Notes: a model not told the origin generated them from the letters alone. DNA of 64,000 nucleotides from Oxynema aestuarii AP17 (GCF_012295525.1 NZ_CP051167.1:5621299-5685298), one strand, 5' to 3'. Positions 51,013 to 61,633 are shown, counted from the stretch's first letter. A program made the numbers and translations.

Positions 51013-51530
51013 CGATGAAGTTCTCTTGATTTGCACGCGATTCGTCGCGATCGACGATCGCTCCTCTGTTATTCTCCCATTAGCGTCGCCCCCGGCGCCG
51101 GACGAGCCCCCGGCGATCGCGGGACGATTGTTGAAAAGATGCGACGAACCGAGAAGCTCTGGTCTTATCTTCTTCTTTGTTAAATCCCGAACCAACTGTT
51201 TCTAAATCCCCCAAAAACCTCCTACTTTAGCTATGAATTAGCAGTGGTTTAGTAACAAAACAAAGGGCTGCTGGATAGAAATTGAACATTGAACGTCGCG
51301 ATCGAGCGGTCATCTTAGACAATCGGGATATCAATTTTTGCATATCGGAACAAAGAATGACAATTGAAATCGTTCCCGATCTTCCACTATCCCCCCAATT
51401 TTGTTTATGACAATAATCAAGATTAACATCGGTAAAAATGCTCCGGCAGAATGTTTCCTAGCCTGACATTTTCCTTTTCATTGGTTAAACTAAAATAACA
51501 CAATTCCATCTCAACCCTTAACGCTAATCA

Positions 51531-53372
51531 GTGGATATGAAAGCTAACTATACCCTCAGTCAATCCTTAATTGCCGCAGACAGTCCCTCAACCGTAGACT
51601 TACTGATTACCTTTCAAGGATCGGAGTCGGATCGACAGAACTTCTCTCGTCGTCCCCTGAATCTTAGCTTAGTCTTAGATCGTTCGGGATCGATGGCGGG
51701 AGCTCCGCTACGATATGCCATTCAAGCTGCCCAAAATCTTATCGATCGCCTCACCGATGATGATTTTGTTTCGGTGGTAATTTATGATGACATCGCCGAG
51801 GTAATTATTCCCCCACAATTAGTGACTGATAAAGCCGCCATAAAAACCAAAATTGGTAAAATTCGCGCCCGGGGCTGCACCAATTTAAGTGGCGGCTGGT
51901 TATTGGGATGCAGTCAAGTTCAAGCGAACCAAAGTCCGGAACGGATTAATCGCGTCTTACTTTTAACTGATGGATTGGCAAATTATGGGATTCGAGATCC
52001 GAAAGTGCTAACCAAAACAGCCCTAGAAAAAGCTGAGGCGGATATTGTCACCACAACATTAGGGTTTGGTGATTCTTTTAACGAAGATTTACTGATTAAT
52101 ATAGCAAATGCCGCCCGGGGAAATTTCTATTTTATTCAGTCTCCCGATGACGCCTCCCAAGTGTTTGACATTGAGATGGAAAGTTTGGTGTCGATTGTGG
52201 CGCAAAATCTCAAGGTGAAGCTACAACCGGAAGAATTTGTTGAAGTTGGTGAGATTCTCAATAACTATCGTTTTTCCCAAGTGGGGAATACGGTAGAAGT
52301 TCTCTTGGGGGATGTGTATGGCGTCGAACAAAAGCCCTTAGCGATTCCCTTAACCGTGTCGCCGCGATCGCTATCGGGAATGACGACGATTGCTACGGTG
52401 ACGTATGACTATCAAACCATTGTCGAAGGGAGTATTCAAGAGATTAGCGATCGGTTTTCCATTACCTTAACCGTCGGTTCAGAAGCAGAAGCCCAAGACA
52501 TCGAACCCGATCCGCAAGTTTTAGAACAAACCTCTCAGTTAAGAATTGCCAAATTGAAAGATGAAGCTGTTTCTCTTGCGGACAAAGGAAACTTTGAACA
52601 AGCGGTGGTTAAGCTGCGAGAGACAATTGAGGAACTCAAACGCAAGACATTAGATGAATTCTTTGATATTGCGGAAGAAATAGCCCAACTGGACTACTAT
52701 GCCCAATGTTTAGAAAATCGAAAATTCGATCGCGCCATCCGCAAAGAAATGCGCGATCAATCCTATCAAACTAAAACCCGCGATCGCGAAGATTTAAAGT
52801 TACGGGGTACGACAACAGGTGCAGCCAGTGGGTTAGAGGTAACAACGAATCCCGATAGCGGTGTTTTAGTTAAATGCGAACGGGTGGGAGGTAAGCTACG
52901 AGTTCGAGTAATTTCTGAGGGATATAATTCGGATTTAAACGTGCAGTTTCCTCGCAGTATCCGCGAACAAGATGTTACCTATGTCGTGGATGAAATCACC
53001 CTATCTGCGAATGGCACATTTTATCGCGCTTCCGGAACGATTCGCCGCCTCGTTAAACCGGGTGAAGAAAAAGTATCTACCCAAAAAACCGCTCAAAAAG
53101 GGAAAAAACTACAAACCGCTAAAGCCCAAGGAACGGCGACCGATCTGGAAACCACCGATACGGTCGGAGATGGCGTTTTAGTTCAGTGTATTCAGGACGG
53201 TAAAAAACTGCGAGCCAGAGTGGTTTCGGATGGCTATAATCCTGACTACAACATCCGTTTTCCGCGCAATATCCGAGAGGAAGGCATCTTATATGTGGTT
53301 GATGAAGTGAAGGAAAATCCCCAGGGAGGGTCTTATATTGCCTATGGAAAAATCCGCCGATTAGTTCAGTAG
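51531..53372 (+). CDS. von Willebrand factor A (VWA) domain protein. It carries two tandem copies of an unassigned about 90-aa C-terminal domain.
   Basis: The MIDAS motif is DRSGSM. The C-terminal internal duplication is GVLVKCERVGGKLRVRVISEGYNSD… versus GVLVQCIQDGKKLRARVVSDGYNPD…. Confidence 0.65.
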   Translation: MDMKANYTLSQSLIAADSPSTVDLLITFQGSESDRQNFSRRPLNLSLVLDRSGSMAGAPLRYAIQAAQNLIDRLTDDDFVSVVIYDDIAEVIIPPQLVTDKAAIKTKIGKIRARGCTNLSGGWLLGCSQVQANQSPERINRVLLLTDGLANYGIRDPKVLTKTALEKAEADIVTTTLGFGDSFNEDLLINIANAARGNFYFIQSPDDASQVFDIEMESLVSIVAQNLKVKLQPEEFVEVGEILNNYRFSQVGNTVEVLLGDVYGVEQKPLAIPLTVSPRSLSGMTTIATVTYDYQTIVEGSIQEISDRFSITLTVGSEAEAQDIEPDPQVLEQTSQLRIAKLKDEAVSLADKGNFEQAVVKLRETIEELKRKTLDEFFDIAEEIAQLDYYAQCLENRKFDRAIRKEMRDQSYQTKTRDREDLKLRGTTTGAASGLEVTTNPDSGVLVKCERVGGKLRVRVISEGYNSDLNVQFPRSIREQDVTYVVDEITLSANGTFYRASGTIRRLVKPGEEKVSTQKTAQKGKKLQTAKAQGTATDLETTDTVGDGVLVQCIQDGKKLRARVVSDGYNPDYNIRFPRNIREEGILYVVDEVKENPQGGSYIAYGKIRRLVQ

Positions 53373-53434
53373 TGGTCAGCACCCGGTCACTGAGGGGCGG
53401 GATTCTGACAGGTTTTCCTTTTGTTTTGCTTAAT

Positions 53435-53635
53435 TACAGCACTCGGGTGTCTGATGAGCTACAGTGCCGATCCCCCTATCCCCCCTTCGCCCCCTATCCC
53501 CCCTTCGCCCCCCTTTCAAAGGGGGGTTGGGGGGATGGTTGGGGGGATTTCGGGGGCAACGAGCAAAGTCCCCCTTATCTAAGGGGGATTTAGGGGGATC
53601 TAAATGTTTTGCATAGCAGAGGAAAATGCTGTAAG
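53435..53635. repeat. Copy C of the dispersed MITE-like repeat (201 bp).
   Basis: It shares the termini and the 80-bp 3' module with copies A and B. Confidence 0.65.
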
Positions 53636-53906
53636 TCGCTGCCATTGTGGGAATTAATCGAGCCTGAGAGAGATATTAACGCTTGCTGTTGCCTCAACTC
53701 CTGTGGCGGCGGCTATCCACCGAGGATAATGGCGATCGAAGGGTGACTTATGGTAGCTTCGAGGGGCGATCGCCCAATTGCCAATTACAGTATCATCAAC
53801 CCCGATCGCCGCGATCGGGACAATTTACCCCTTCCCCTTGACCTTCTCCTTAACTGGAGACTTTACCCTAGAAAAGCAGCCTGAATTGAACCGGGGAGGT
53901 CACACC

Positions 53907-55373
53907 ATGAAACGCAGACAATTCTTAACCCTGAGTGGTTCGACTGTCGCCGCCGTCCTCCTCAGTCGTTGTGCCTCCAATAACACGACCCAAGCGCGAC
54001 CGTCTCCCACGGTGATTTCCTCGAAAGGCGGTTTGCTCGATGTAGACTTAGAAGCTCTTTCGATGAATACCACCCTCTCCGGTCGTCAATTTCACTTGCT
54101 GGGCTATAACGATCGCATTCCCGGCCCACTTTTACAAGCCCAACCCGGCGATACCGTGCGCCTGCGCTTCACCAACCGCATCGGTCAACCGACCAACCTG
54201 CACTATCACGGCTTGCACGTTCCGCCGACGGGCAACGCCGATAACGTCTTTTTAAAAATCCCCTCCGGAGAAACCTTAACCTATGAATTTACCCTGCCTG
54301 AAAACCATCCGGCAGGCTTGTTCTGGTATCATCCCCACTATCACGGTTACGTTGCCGATCAAGTCTTTGGCGGTTTGGCAGGCGCCTTTATCGTGCGTGG
54401 CGAACTCGACGAAATCCCCGAAATTAAAGCAGCAACAGAACACGTCCTCCTTCTCAAAGATTACGATCCCGACGCGGGCAGGATCGGCAGTCGCGCGACG
54501 AGGGGCATGATGGGCGCTCATATGGCGCAAATGAGAGGTCGCGAGGGCGCCGTCGTCACGGTCAACGGCGAAATTCAGCCCACTTTTAACCTCTCTGCCG
54601 GGGGATTGTTGCGGTTGCGCCTGCTCAATGCGTCGAGTTCTCGCTTTTACCGTCTCTCTTTAGAAGAACATCCCTTTTATTTAATCGCTACCGATGGCGG
54701 TGCTATTGCCGAACCCGTGGAATTGCGCGAACTGCTGCTTTCTCCGGGAGAACGGGCGGAGGTTCTGGTACGTGGCGATCGCGAACCGGGCCAATATCGC
54801 TTACTTAATTTACCCTACGATCGCGGCGGCATGGGCATGATGGGCGGCATGATGGGGCGCGGCCCGGGAGGTTCGGCGAATGTGACCGAAACCTTAGCCA
54901 CCATCACTTATCACGGTCAAACCGACGTTCTCCCCCTTCCCAAAACCTTAATTCCCGTAGAAACCTTGCCGGAACCGACACAAACCCGCCGTTTTCTGCT
55001 CAATCACGGGATGAATCCCGGTCGAGGAATGGTTTTTTTAATTAACGGTCGCGCTTTCGACCACCAGCGCATCGATACAACTGTAGGACTGAATACGGTT
55101 GAAGAGTGGGAATTGATCAATACTGGAGTGATGGACCATCCCTTCCATCTCCATACCAATCACTTTCAAATCGCTAGTGTCAATGGCACGCCGCCACCCT
55201 ATCGCGCTTGGAAAGATACAGTATTGGTGCCGTTCGGCCAAAGCGTTCGCATCCGCATTCCCTTCCGCGACTTTGGGGGGAAAACGGTTTATCACTGCCA
55301 TATTTTAGATCACGAAGATTTGGGAATGATGGGAATGTTAGCAATTCAAGATGAAGTAGCGATCGTCAAATAA
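53907..55373 (+). CDS. Multicopper oxidase (laccase/CueO-like) with a twin-arginine signal.
   Basis: The Tat motif is MKRRQFLTL, and the SD GGGGAGG is upstream. The copper ligand motifs are HYHGLH, WYHPHYH, HPFHLH and HCHILDHEDLGMM. Confidence 0.85.
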   Translation: MKRRQFLTLSGSTVAAVLLSRCASNNTTQARPSPTVISSKGGLLDVDLEALSMNTTLSGRQFHLLGYNDRIPGPLLQAQPGDTVRLRFTNRIGQPTNLHYHGLHVPPTGNADNVFLKIPSGETLTYEFTLPENHPAGLFWYHPHYHGYVADQVFGGLAGAFIVRGELDEIPEIKAATEHVLLLKDYDPDAGRIGSRATRGMMGAHMAQMRGREGAVVTVNGEIQPTFNLSAGGLLRLRLLNASSSRFYRLSLEEHPFYLIATDGGAIAEPVELRELLLSPGERAEVLVRGDREPGQYRLLNLPYDRGGMGMMGGMMGRGPGGSANVTETLATITYHGQTDVLPLPKTLIPVETLPEPTQTRRFLLNHGMNPGRGMVFLINGRAFDHQRIDTTVGLNTVEEWELINTGVMDHPFHLHTNHFQIASVNGTPPPYRAWKDTVLVPFGQSVRIRIPFRDFGGKTVYHCHILDHEDLGMMGMLAIQDEVAIVK

Positions 55374-55786
55374 ATCCTAAAATTGATGTCAATTTATCTC
55401 AAAGCGTATCGAACAAACCAATAAGTTTTCAGCCCTGTTTTACAATGAAGGCGCGCCGATATCATTACCCGTCAGCACCCCACTCTGAAGAACGGGGGCT
55501 TCATGCCTCTAGCTTCAGGTCGCTGACCCGCCTAGATCCTTTGAGGACTAAGTTATTGGCAAGGGTCAAAGACCTACCTTGAAGTGCTTGCCAGCTTCAA
55601 GCTCTAGAACCGAATCGTTCAACGGTCCGACGAGGGGTAAGACCGTGCGACTTGGAAAGTACCGACCAATAACATGGGCGAGGCAAACATCACCCCGAAA
55701 GGGAGTTTTGGAGATAACCCTCTCCATCGGAGGGGCAACTCTACCCCTCCACAGTTATCCGATGGAACTCGGCGCTCTGATGCCGC

Positions 55787-56458
55787 TTGAGTCGGTTTTG
55801 TTCCCGGCTCTCAAGAGACAGGGCGTCCAACCATCCAGGAGATTTACGTGAGGTCAAGATCGTGGCTTATACCTGCAACCTAGGAACCGGACAACAAGTT
55901 TATCTCGAAAATCAGGGAGTACAAACCGTTGTCACCCTCGTCAGCAGCAGTGCAGGACAACAGCAGCAAGCGAGTAACGGCTTTTCTACCGGATCGTGGA
56001 CTGCCCCCCCATCCCTGTACCGAACCCCCAATGGTTTTGTCATCCAAATTGACAGCGAAAGGGGTCAATATTTCGTGCAGCTTCAAAGCGGTGGCGCGAT
56101 GAGCATGATGAGTTCTCAACCGTCTTTAAATAACGCTCAAACTCTGCAAGTTCAACAAGCATCGAGTGCTTCTTTTTCTGGGTCTTCCAGTCAGCCGATG
56201 GAACCCATGAAGCCAATGGAATCGATGCAGCCGATGGAACCCATGAAGCCGATGGAACCCATGAAGCCGATGAAAATGGGGAACATGGAAATGCAGACCA
56301 ATCCCATGCAAATGAAAATGGGAAATATGGAAATGAAAATGGGCGATTCTTCCTCGGATCGATCGCAACAATCCGGGCGTCATTTCTGTTCTCAATGTGG
56401 GGCGGCGGTGAAACCGGACGATCGCTTTTGTGCTAATTGCGGTCATCACTTAAATTAG
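55787..56458 (+). CDS. Met-rich (MxPMxPM repeats) protein with a C-terminal zinc-ribbon (CSQCGAAVKPDDRFCANCGHHL). It is possibly a copper-binding partner of the adjacent multicopper oxidase. The start is uncertain: TTG at 55787, or GTG at about 55868.
   Basis: The Met motifs are MEPMKPMESMQPMEPMKPMEPMKPMKMGNMEMQTNPMQMKMGNMEMKMG, and there is a zinc-ribbon CxxC…CxxC. Confidence 0.5.
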   Translation: MSRFCSRLSRDRASNHPGDLREVKIVAYTCNLGTGQQVYLENQGVQTVVTLVSSSAGQQQQASNGFSTGSWTAPPSLYRTPNGFVIQIDSERGQYFVQLQSGGAMSMMSSQPSLNNAQTLQVQQASSASFSGSSSQPMEPMKPMESMQPMEPMKPMEPMKPMKMGNMEMQTNPMQMKMGNMEMKMGDSSSDRSQQSGRHFCSQCGAAVKPDDRFCANCGHHLN

Positions 56459-56585
56459 AGAATCCCTAGGGCGATTATCGTTAACCTAGGGGAATTGAAG
56501 GAGAGGCGATCGCCTCAACTCAGGCAAGGTTAGAATGAAATATTCTATCAATTGAGGATACGTTGGATACGTTTAGGATACGGGG

Positions 56586-57374
56586 TTGAGCGATCGCGTC
56601 ATGTCTTCTGCTCTCGATTACGAAAAAATTGCCCATCTTTACGACTCTTATTTACACTTCGAGAACGATTTACCTTTCTTTCTCGAAGAATGTCAAAAAA
56701 CGAACGGTTCGGTCTTGGAATTGACCTGCGGAACTGGACGAATTTCGATTCCTTTGTTGGAAGCTGGGGTCTCCTTGACGTGCGTAGATGCTTCCCCGGC
56801 AATGTTAGAGATTTTCCGACAAAAAATAGCAGGAAAATCCCTCGATCCCGCGATTATTTTGGCCGACATGGCCGATCTCCAATTAGACTCGAAATTTGAT
56901 TTGGTTTTGCTACCGTTCCAAAGCTTTCACGAACTCCATACCGCCGCCGAACGAGAACGAACCCTCGCCGGAATTTACGATTGTCTCAATCCCGACGGAC
57001 GGTTTATTTGTACCCTGCACAATCCCAAAACTCGCCTTGAAGCGATCGCGCGCGGTACGACGGAGTACGGACCTTTTCCTCGCCTAGATGGGTCGGGTTC
57101 GGTGCGTTTATCTGTCGCCTTAGAATATGCAGCAGATACGGGAATTGTTAGTGGGTTTCAAACGATTTACGAATTAGATTCAGGCGATCGCATCATCGCA
57201 GAACATCGCGTTTCCATTCGATTTTCTCTGATAGAATTAGAGGGGTTTCAAACTCTCTTAAAATCGATGAATTTCTCGATCGAAACGATTTATGGAAACT
57301 ACGATCGCTCTCCTTTAATTACAGAAACCAGCCCTTACGCGATCGTTTGTTCGTGTAAATGGAGCATGAATTAG
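56586..57374 (+). CDS. Class I SAM-dependent methyltransferase.
   Basis: Motif I is VLELTCGTGRISIPLL. Confidence 0.65.
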   Translation: MSDRVMSSALDYEKIAHLYDSYLHFENDLPFFLEECQKTNGSVLELTCGTGRISIPLLEAGVSLTCVDASPAMLEIFRQKIAGKSLDPAIILADMADLQLDSKFDLVLLPFQSFHELHTAAERERTLAGIYDCLNPDGRFICTLHNPKTRLEAIARGTTEYGPFPRLDGSGSVRLSVALEYAADTGIVSGFQTIYELDSGDRIIAEHRVSIRFSLIELEGFQTLLKSMNFSIETIYGNYDRSPLITETSPYAIVCSCKWSMN

Positions 57375-57500
57375 TTTTTTGTCGTTGCGAGTGACCCTAG
57401 CTGTCACTTCTCCTTCCCACACAAGGAAAAACTTACCGGATCCTCAAATATTACTAGATAGATAATTAAAAATCTAATACCCTCTAAAATCTAAGCTTAC

Positions 57501-60500
57501 ATGTCCATCAAAGTCGCCTTAAACCATCAGAAAATCTACCAGTTCGATCGCCCGGTGACCGTCGGTCCCCATATGGTTCGCTTGCGACCCTCCCCGCACT
57601 GTCGTACTCCGGTTTGCAGTTACAGCTTTAAAGTCATTCCAGAAGATTACTTACTAACCTGGCGACAAGATCCTTACGGAAACTACTTTGCAAAATTAAA
57701 CTTCCCTAATCGTACCGAAAAATTGAAGTTTGAAGTCGATCTGATTGTCGAACTGCAACCGATTAATCCATTCGATTTTTTGTTAGAACATTATGCCGTT
57801 AACTATCCTTTCAAGTACGGCGATCGCCTCGCCAAAGATTTAGCGCCCTTCTTGGAAACTAGCGAAGCCAGTCCCTTACTCGATTCTTATTTAAAAAACT
57901 TAGATTATGCTTCAAATTTTACCATAAACTTTTTAACCGCGCTCAATAGCCAATTACAGCAAGATATTAAATACGAAATCCGCCTCGAAGAAGGAATTCA
58001 AACATGTGAAGAAACTCTCGATCGCCGGATCGGTTCCTGTCGGGATACGGCGTGGTTATTCGTACAGATTTTGCGCCATTTGGGGTTGGCGGCGCGCTTT
58101 GTTTCCGGTTATTTAATCCAACTGGCGGCGGACGAACCGCCCCTCGACGGTCCGGAGGGTACCGCAGAAGATACGGCAGATCTGCACGCCTGGACGGAAG
58201 TGTACCTTCCCGGGGCGGGATGGGTCGGTCTGGATCCGACCTCGGGGATGTTAGCCGCCGAAGGACACATTCCCTTATTCTGTAGCGCTCACTCAGTGAG
58301 TGCGGCTCCAATTGCCGGATCGATCGAGCAGTGTGAGAGTCAACTGCACTTCGCGATCGCCGTTTCCCGCTTTGAAGAGCGATCGCGGGTGACCAAACCC
58401 TACACGGACGAGCAATGGCAGGAGATCGATCGCCTCGGGCAAACCGTAGAACGCGCCTTGCAAGAGGCCGACGTGCGCCTGACGATGGGCGGCGAGCCGA
58501 CCTTCGTATCGATCGACGATTATACTTCCCTCGAATGGCGCACCGGGGCAATGGGTCGAGACAAACGGCGGTTGGGGGAAATCCTCTTAAAACGGCTGCG
58601 CGATCGCTTCGCCCCCGGGGGTCTGCTGCACTACGGACAAGGCAAGTGGTATCCCGGCGAAAGCTTACCGCGCTGGGCGCTGGGCTGTTACTGGCGCGCC
58701 GACGAGCTGCCCTTGTGGCACGATCGCAGCCTGTTTGCCGAACCCGACGGCGATCGCTCCGCCACGATCGCCGACGCCCGCCGCTTCATGCTCGCCTTAG
58801 CCGATACCCTCGGGGTCGATCGCGATTGTGCGATCGCCGCGTGCGATCCTGCCCTTCCCCAACAGCCGAGCGCTTACGTGCTACCACTTTTACGCAGTCC
58901 GCAAGGCTGGATCTCCTGTGAATGGCAACTGCCCCACCCCTCTTTATATTTAGTTCCCGGCGATTCCCCTGCCGGATATCGCTTGCCCCTCAACGCGATC
59001 GCCTGGGTCGAAGCCGATCGATTGATGCGAGAATCCGACGGCAAAGGGGACGAACCCCTACCCCCGCCTCGCCGGGCCGAGCCCCACACCATTAACGTCG
59101 CCTTGTGCGTCGAACTGCGCGACGGGATCCTCTGGGTCTTCATCCCGCCGATCCAAATCCTCGACAACTACATCGATTTAATCGCCGCGATCGAACAGAC
59201 CGCCAGCCAAACCGCGATCGCCGTGCGTCTCGAAGGCTATCCGCCACCGCGCGATCGTCGCCTGGTCGGCTTCCAAATCACCCCGGATCCCGGCGTCCTC
59301 GAAGTCAACTTACATCCCGCCAGCCATTGGGACGACCTCGTGCGTCATACCCGGATCCTCTACGAAGAAGCCCGTCTCTGTCGCTTGGGAACCGAAAAAT
59401 TCATGCTCGACGGACGCCGGATCGGTACCGGAGGCGGTTCGCACCTGACCCTCGGCGGCTTGAGTGTCGCCGACAGCCCTCTGTTACGGCGCCCGGACTT
59501 ACTCGCCAGCTTAATCGCTTACTGGCAACACCATCCCAGTCTGTCTTACTTATTTTCCTCATTGTTTGTCGGGCCGACCAGTCAAGCGCCCCGCATCGAC
59601 GAAGCCCGTCACGATAGCTTGTACGAATTAGAAATTGCGATCGCCCAAATCCAAGCCCGACCGGAGATCCCGCCCCCCGTTGTCGATGCACTCCTGTCCA
59701 ACTGGCTCGTGGATGTCACCGGAAATCGCCACCGTTGCGAATTCTGCATCGACAAACTCTATCCTGTCAACGCCCCCAACAATCAATGGGGACTCCTGGA
59801 ACTGCGCGCCTTTGAAATGCCCCCCCATCCCGATATGTCCCTGGTGTTGGCATTGTTGGTGCGCGCCCTCGTCGCCCGCTTTTGGCAGCAACCCTACCAG
59901 CGTCCTTTCGTGCGCTGGGGAACCGCCTTGCACGATAAATTTGTTTTACCCTACTATCTCGAACGCGACCTCGCCGATATATTGCTGGAGTTGAAAATGG
60001 CGGGTTATGCCTTCGATTTAGCCTGGTTTGCGCCGTTTTTAGAGTTTCGCTTTCCGTACTACGGCGAAATCGTCGGCGAAGGGGTGCGCTTGGAATTGCG
60101 ATCGGCGATCGAACCGTGGCACGTTCTCGCCGAAGACGCCACCGCCCGGGGAACCGCCCGCTATGTCGATTCTTCGATGGAACGAGTCCAAGTGAAACTG
60201 TCTCAAGCCGTCCCCGGTCGCCACTGGGTCACTTGCAACGGCTATCCCGTTCCGTTACAACCGACGGGGGTACAAGGGGAGTTCGTCGCGGGGGTTCGCT
60301 ACCGGGCTCGCAAAATTTCCCAAGTCTTGCATCCGGCGATCGCCCCCCACGTTCCTTTGACCTTCGATTTAGTCGATACCTGGGTCGGACGGGCGATCGG
60401 TGGCTGTCAACTGTACGCCGACAATCCTAATGGGATGGAGTGGACCGCCTTACCCGTCAACTCCCGCGAAGCCCAATCGCGCCAACTCGCCCGCTTTATC

Positions 60501-60596
60501 CCTCACGGGCACAGCCCCGGGATTTTGGAGATCCCTCCCCTAGAACGGAGTCAAGAATATCCCAATACCCTAGATTTGCGACGGGTCGGGTTTTAG
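57501..60596 (+). CDS. Large transglutaminase-family protein (Bact_transglu_N + transglutaminase core + DUF2126-type C-terminal region).
   Basis: The N-terminus is MSIKVALNHQKIYQFDRPV…VRLRP, and the transglutaminase core is …GSCRDTAWLFVQILRHLGLAARFVSGY…. Confidence 0.7.
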   Translation: MSIKVALNHQKIYQFDRPVTVGPHMVRLRPSPHCRTPVCSYSFKVIPEDYLLTWRQDPYGNYFAKLNFPNRTEKLKFEVDLIVELQPINPFDFLLEHYAVNYPFKYGDRLAKDLAPFLETSEASPLLDSYLKNLDYASNFTINFLTALNSQLQQDIKYEIRLEEGIQTCEETLDRRIGSCRDTAWLFVQILRHLGLAARFVSGYLIQLAADEPPLDGPEGTAEDTADLHAWTEVYLPGAGWVGLDPTSGMLAAEGHIPLFCSAHSVSAAPIAGSIEQCESQLHFAIAVSRFEERSRVTKPYTDEQWQEIDRLGQTVERALQEADVRLTMGGEPTFVSIDDYTSLEWRTGAMGRDKRRLGEILLKRLRDRFAPGGLLHYGQGKWYPGESLPRWALGCYWRADELPLWHDRSLFAEPDGDRSATIADARRFMLALADTLGVDRDCAIAACDPALPQQPSAYVLPLLRSPQGWISCEWQLPHPSLYLVPGDSPAGYRLPLNAIAWVEADRLMRESDGKGDEPLPPPRRAEPHTINVALCVELRDGILWVFIPPIQILDNYIDLIAAIEQTASQTAIAVRLEGYPPPRDRRLVGFQITPDPGVLEVNLHPASHWDDLVRHTRILYEEARLCRLGTEKFMLDGRRIGTGGGSHLTLGGLSVADSPLLRRPDLLASLIAYWQHHPSLSYLFSSLFVGPTSQAPRIDEARHDSLYELEIAIAQIQARPEIPPPVVDALLSNWLVDVTGNRHRCEFCIDKLYPVNAPNNQWGLLELRAFEMPPHPDMSLVLALLVRALVARFWQQPYQRPFVRWGTALHDKFVLPYYLERDLADILLELKMAGYAFDLAWFAPFLEFRFPYYGEIVGEGVRLELRSAIEPWHVLAEDATARGTARYVDSSMERVQVKLSQAVPGRHWVTCNGYPVPLQPTGVQGEFVAGVRYRARKISQVLHPAIAPHVPLTFDLVDTWVGRAIGGCQLYADNPNGMEWTALPVNSREAQSRQLARFIPHGHSPGILEIPPLERSQEYPNTLDLRRVGF

Positions 60597-61417
60597 ATTG
60601 TAGAGTTTAGAGTTTAGATGACTCCGACTCCCTACGGCCTACTCCTCCTCTCCCTCCCCGAAAAAACTCCCCCCAAATATTGACTCGGCTCCTGACGATG
60701 CGCTAATCTCTTCTTTGCTAGTGGAGTTATCTTTAACTAAAGTTGCGTGAGCTTTAGGGCGATCGCACGCTCCCCAGCAGATTTTAACTCTCGTGAAGCT
60801 TCGACACTGCGGACGGATGATGGCGAATGCACCGCATCAAATCGGTCGTCAAGCTCTGCCGTTCTAGTTCTGACAGCCAATGTTGAAAAAAAATCGACTT
60901 GCCAAAAGTGACTGTGTTAAGATATTAGTTGATAGGGAGCTTTTCGACCGAATTGCAATGGTTGAGGTAGCCTCTCAAGTGCTAACTTCCAAATGCATGA
61001 TGAGCGTCGGCTCTTCATGAGGCTAACCTTGCAACTGCCGAGGTCAGTGCGAATCCTCTCTGGAACTCGGTCGGCGCGAGCCGAAAAAAGCTGAACTTCA
61101 CATCCTTAAGGTATTTCCCAGACGAGTGTCATCCAAGGGTTGAATCGACATCTAGCGCAAACCCAACTTACGGGGAGATGAGTCAAACAAGCCTAGACGT
61201 CCTTCCTAGTATGTCTCTAGTGCAGACGATCGATCGAGGCACAGTGTTGCTTGCAACCGTAGCCCACTGACTTTTGCGCCCCCGGACCTAGTCCCAGCTC
61301 GCCTAGACTCGGCGGTAATTTACTCCGCAAAGAGGAAGGGCAAGCTCGTGCAAAATTAGGATTTACCGTTTCGGAAAGTTGTTGACAACTAAGTCTTTGC
61401 AAAATTAAAGAGGTATT

Positions 61418-61633
61418 ATGACCCAGCAGGTTCTTCACCCAATGGTGAAATTCCAGCGCCAAGTGCGATCGCTAGTGGAATCAAAAGTCCTCAAGCCGAC
61501 GGACAGCATCTGGAAAATAGCGCTTCTGTATGGGGATGAATGGGGTTATTGGAAAAAAGAGTTAGAAGAATTTGAATTTTCCACCCAAGACCCGATTCAA
61601 GAATTACTCGCGGTAGACGCTTGGGAAGAATAA
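61418..61633 (+). CDS. Small hypothetical protein (71 aa).
   Basis: An SD AAGAGG lies 4 nt upstream of the ATG. It has no recognisable domain. Confidence 0.3.
   Translation: MTQQVLHPMVKFQRQVRSLVESKVLKPTDSIWKIALLYGDEWGYWKKELEEFEFSTQDPIQELLAVDAWEE

Noticed and set aside
49594-51195. Longer cbiA ORF with a 61-aa N-terminal extension
   Set aside because: The extension is low-complexity (GGSSGAGGDANG…). The conserved MinD-like P-loop begins right after the internal Met at 51012.
51012-51300. Cobalamin riboswitch upstream of cbiA
   Set aside because: I translated the minus-strand leader and found no B12 box (GCCACTG with the upstream GGGAA/GGTG elements). Only an ACCACTGC fragment is present.
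60700-61400. tmRNA, RNase P or SRP RNA in the 800-bp gap after the transglutaminase gene
   Set aside because: I searched both strands by eye for the tRNA-like 3' end (GGTTCGAWTCC…CCA), the ANN tag-reading frame and the RNase P P4 motifs and found none. The region is left unassigned and is worth a covariance-model scan.
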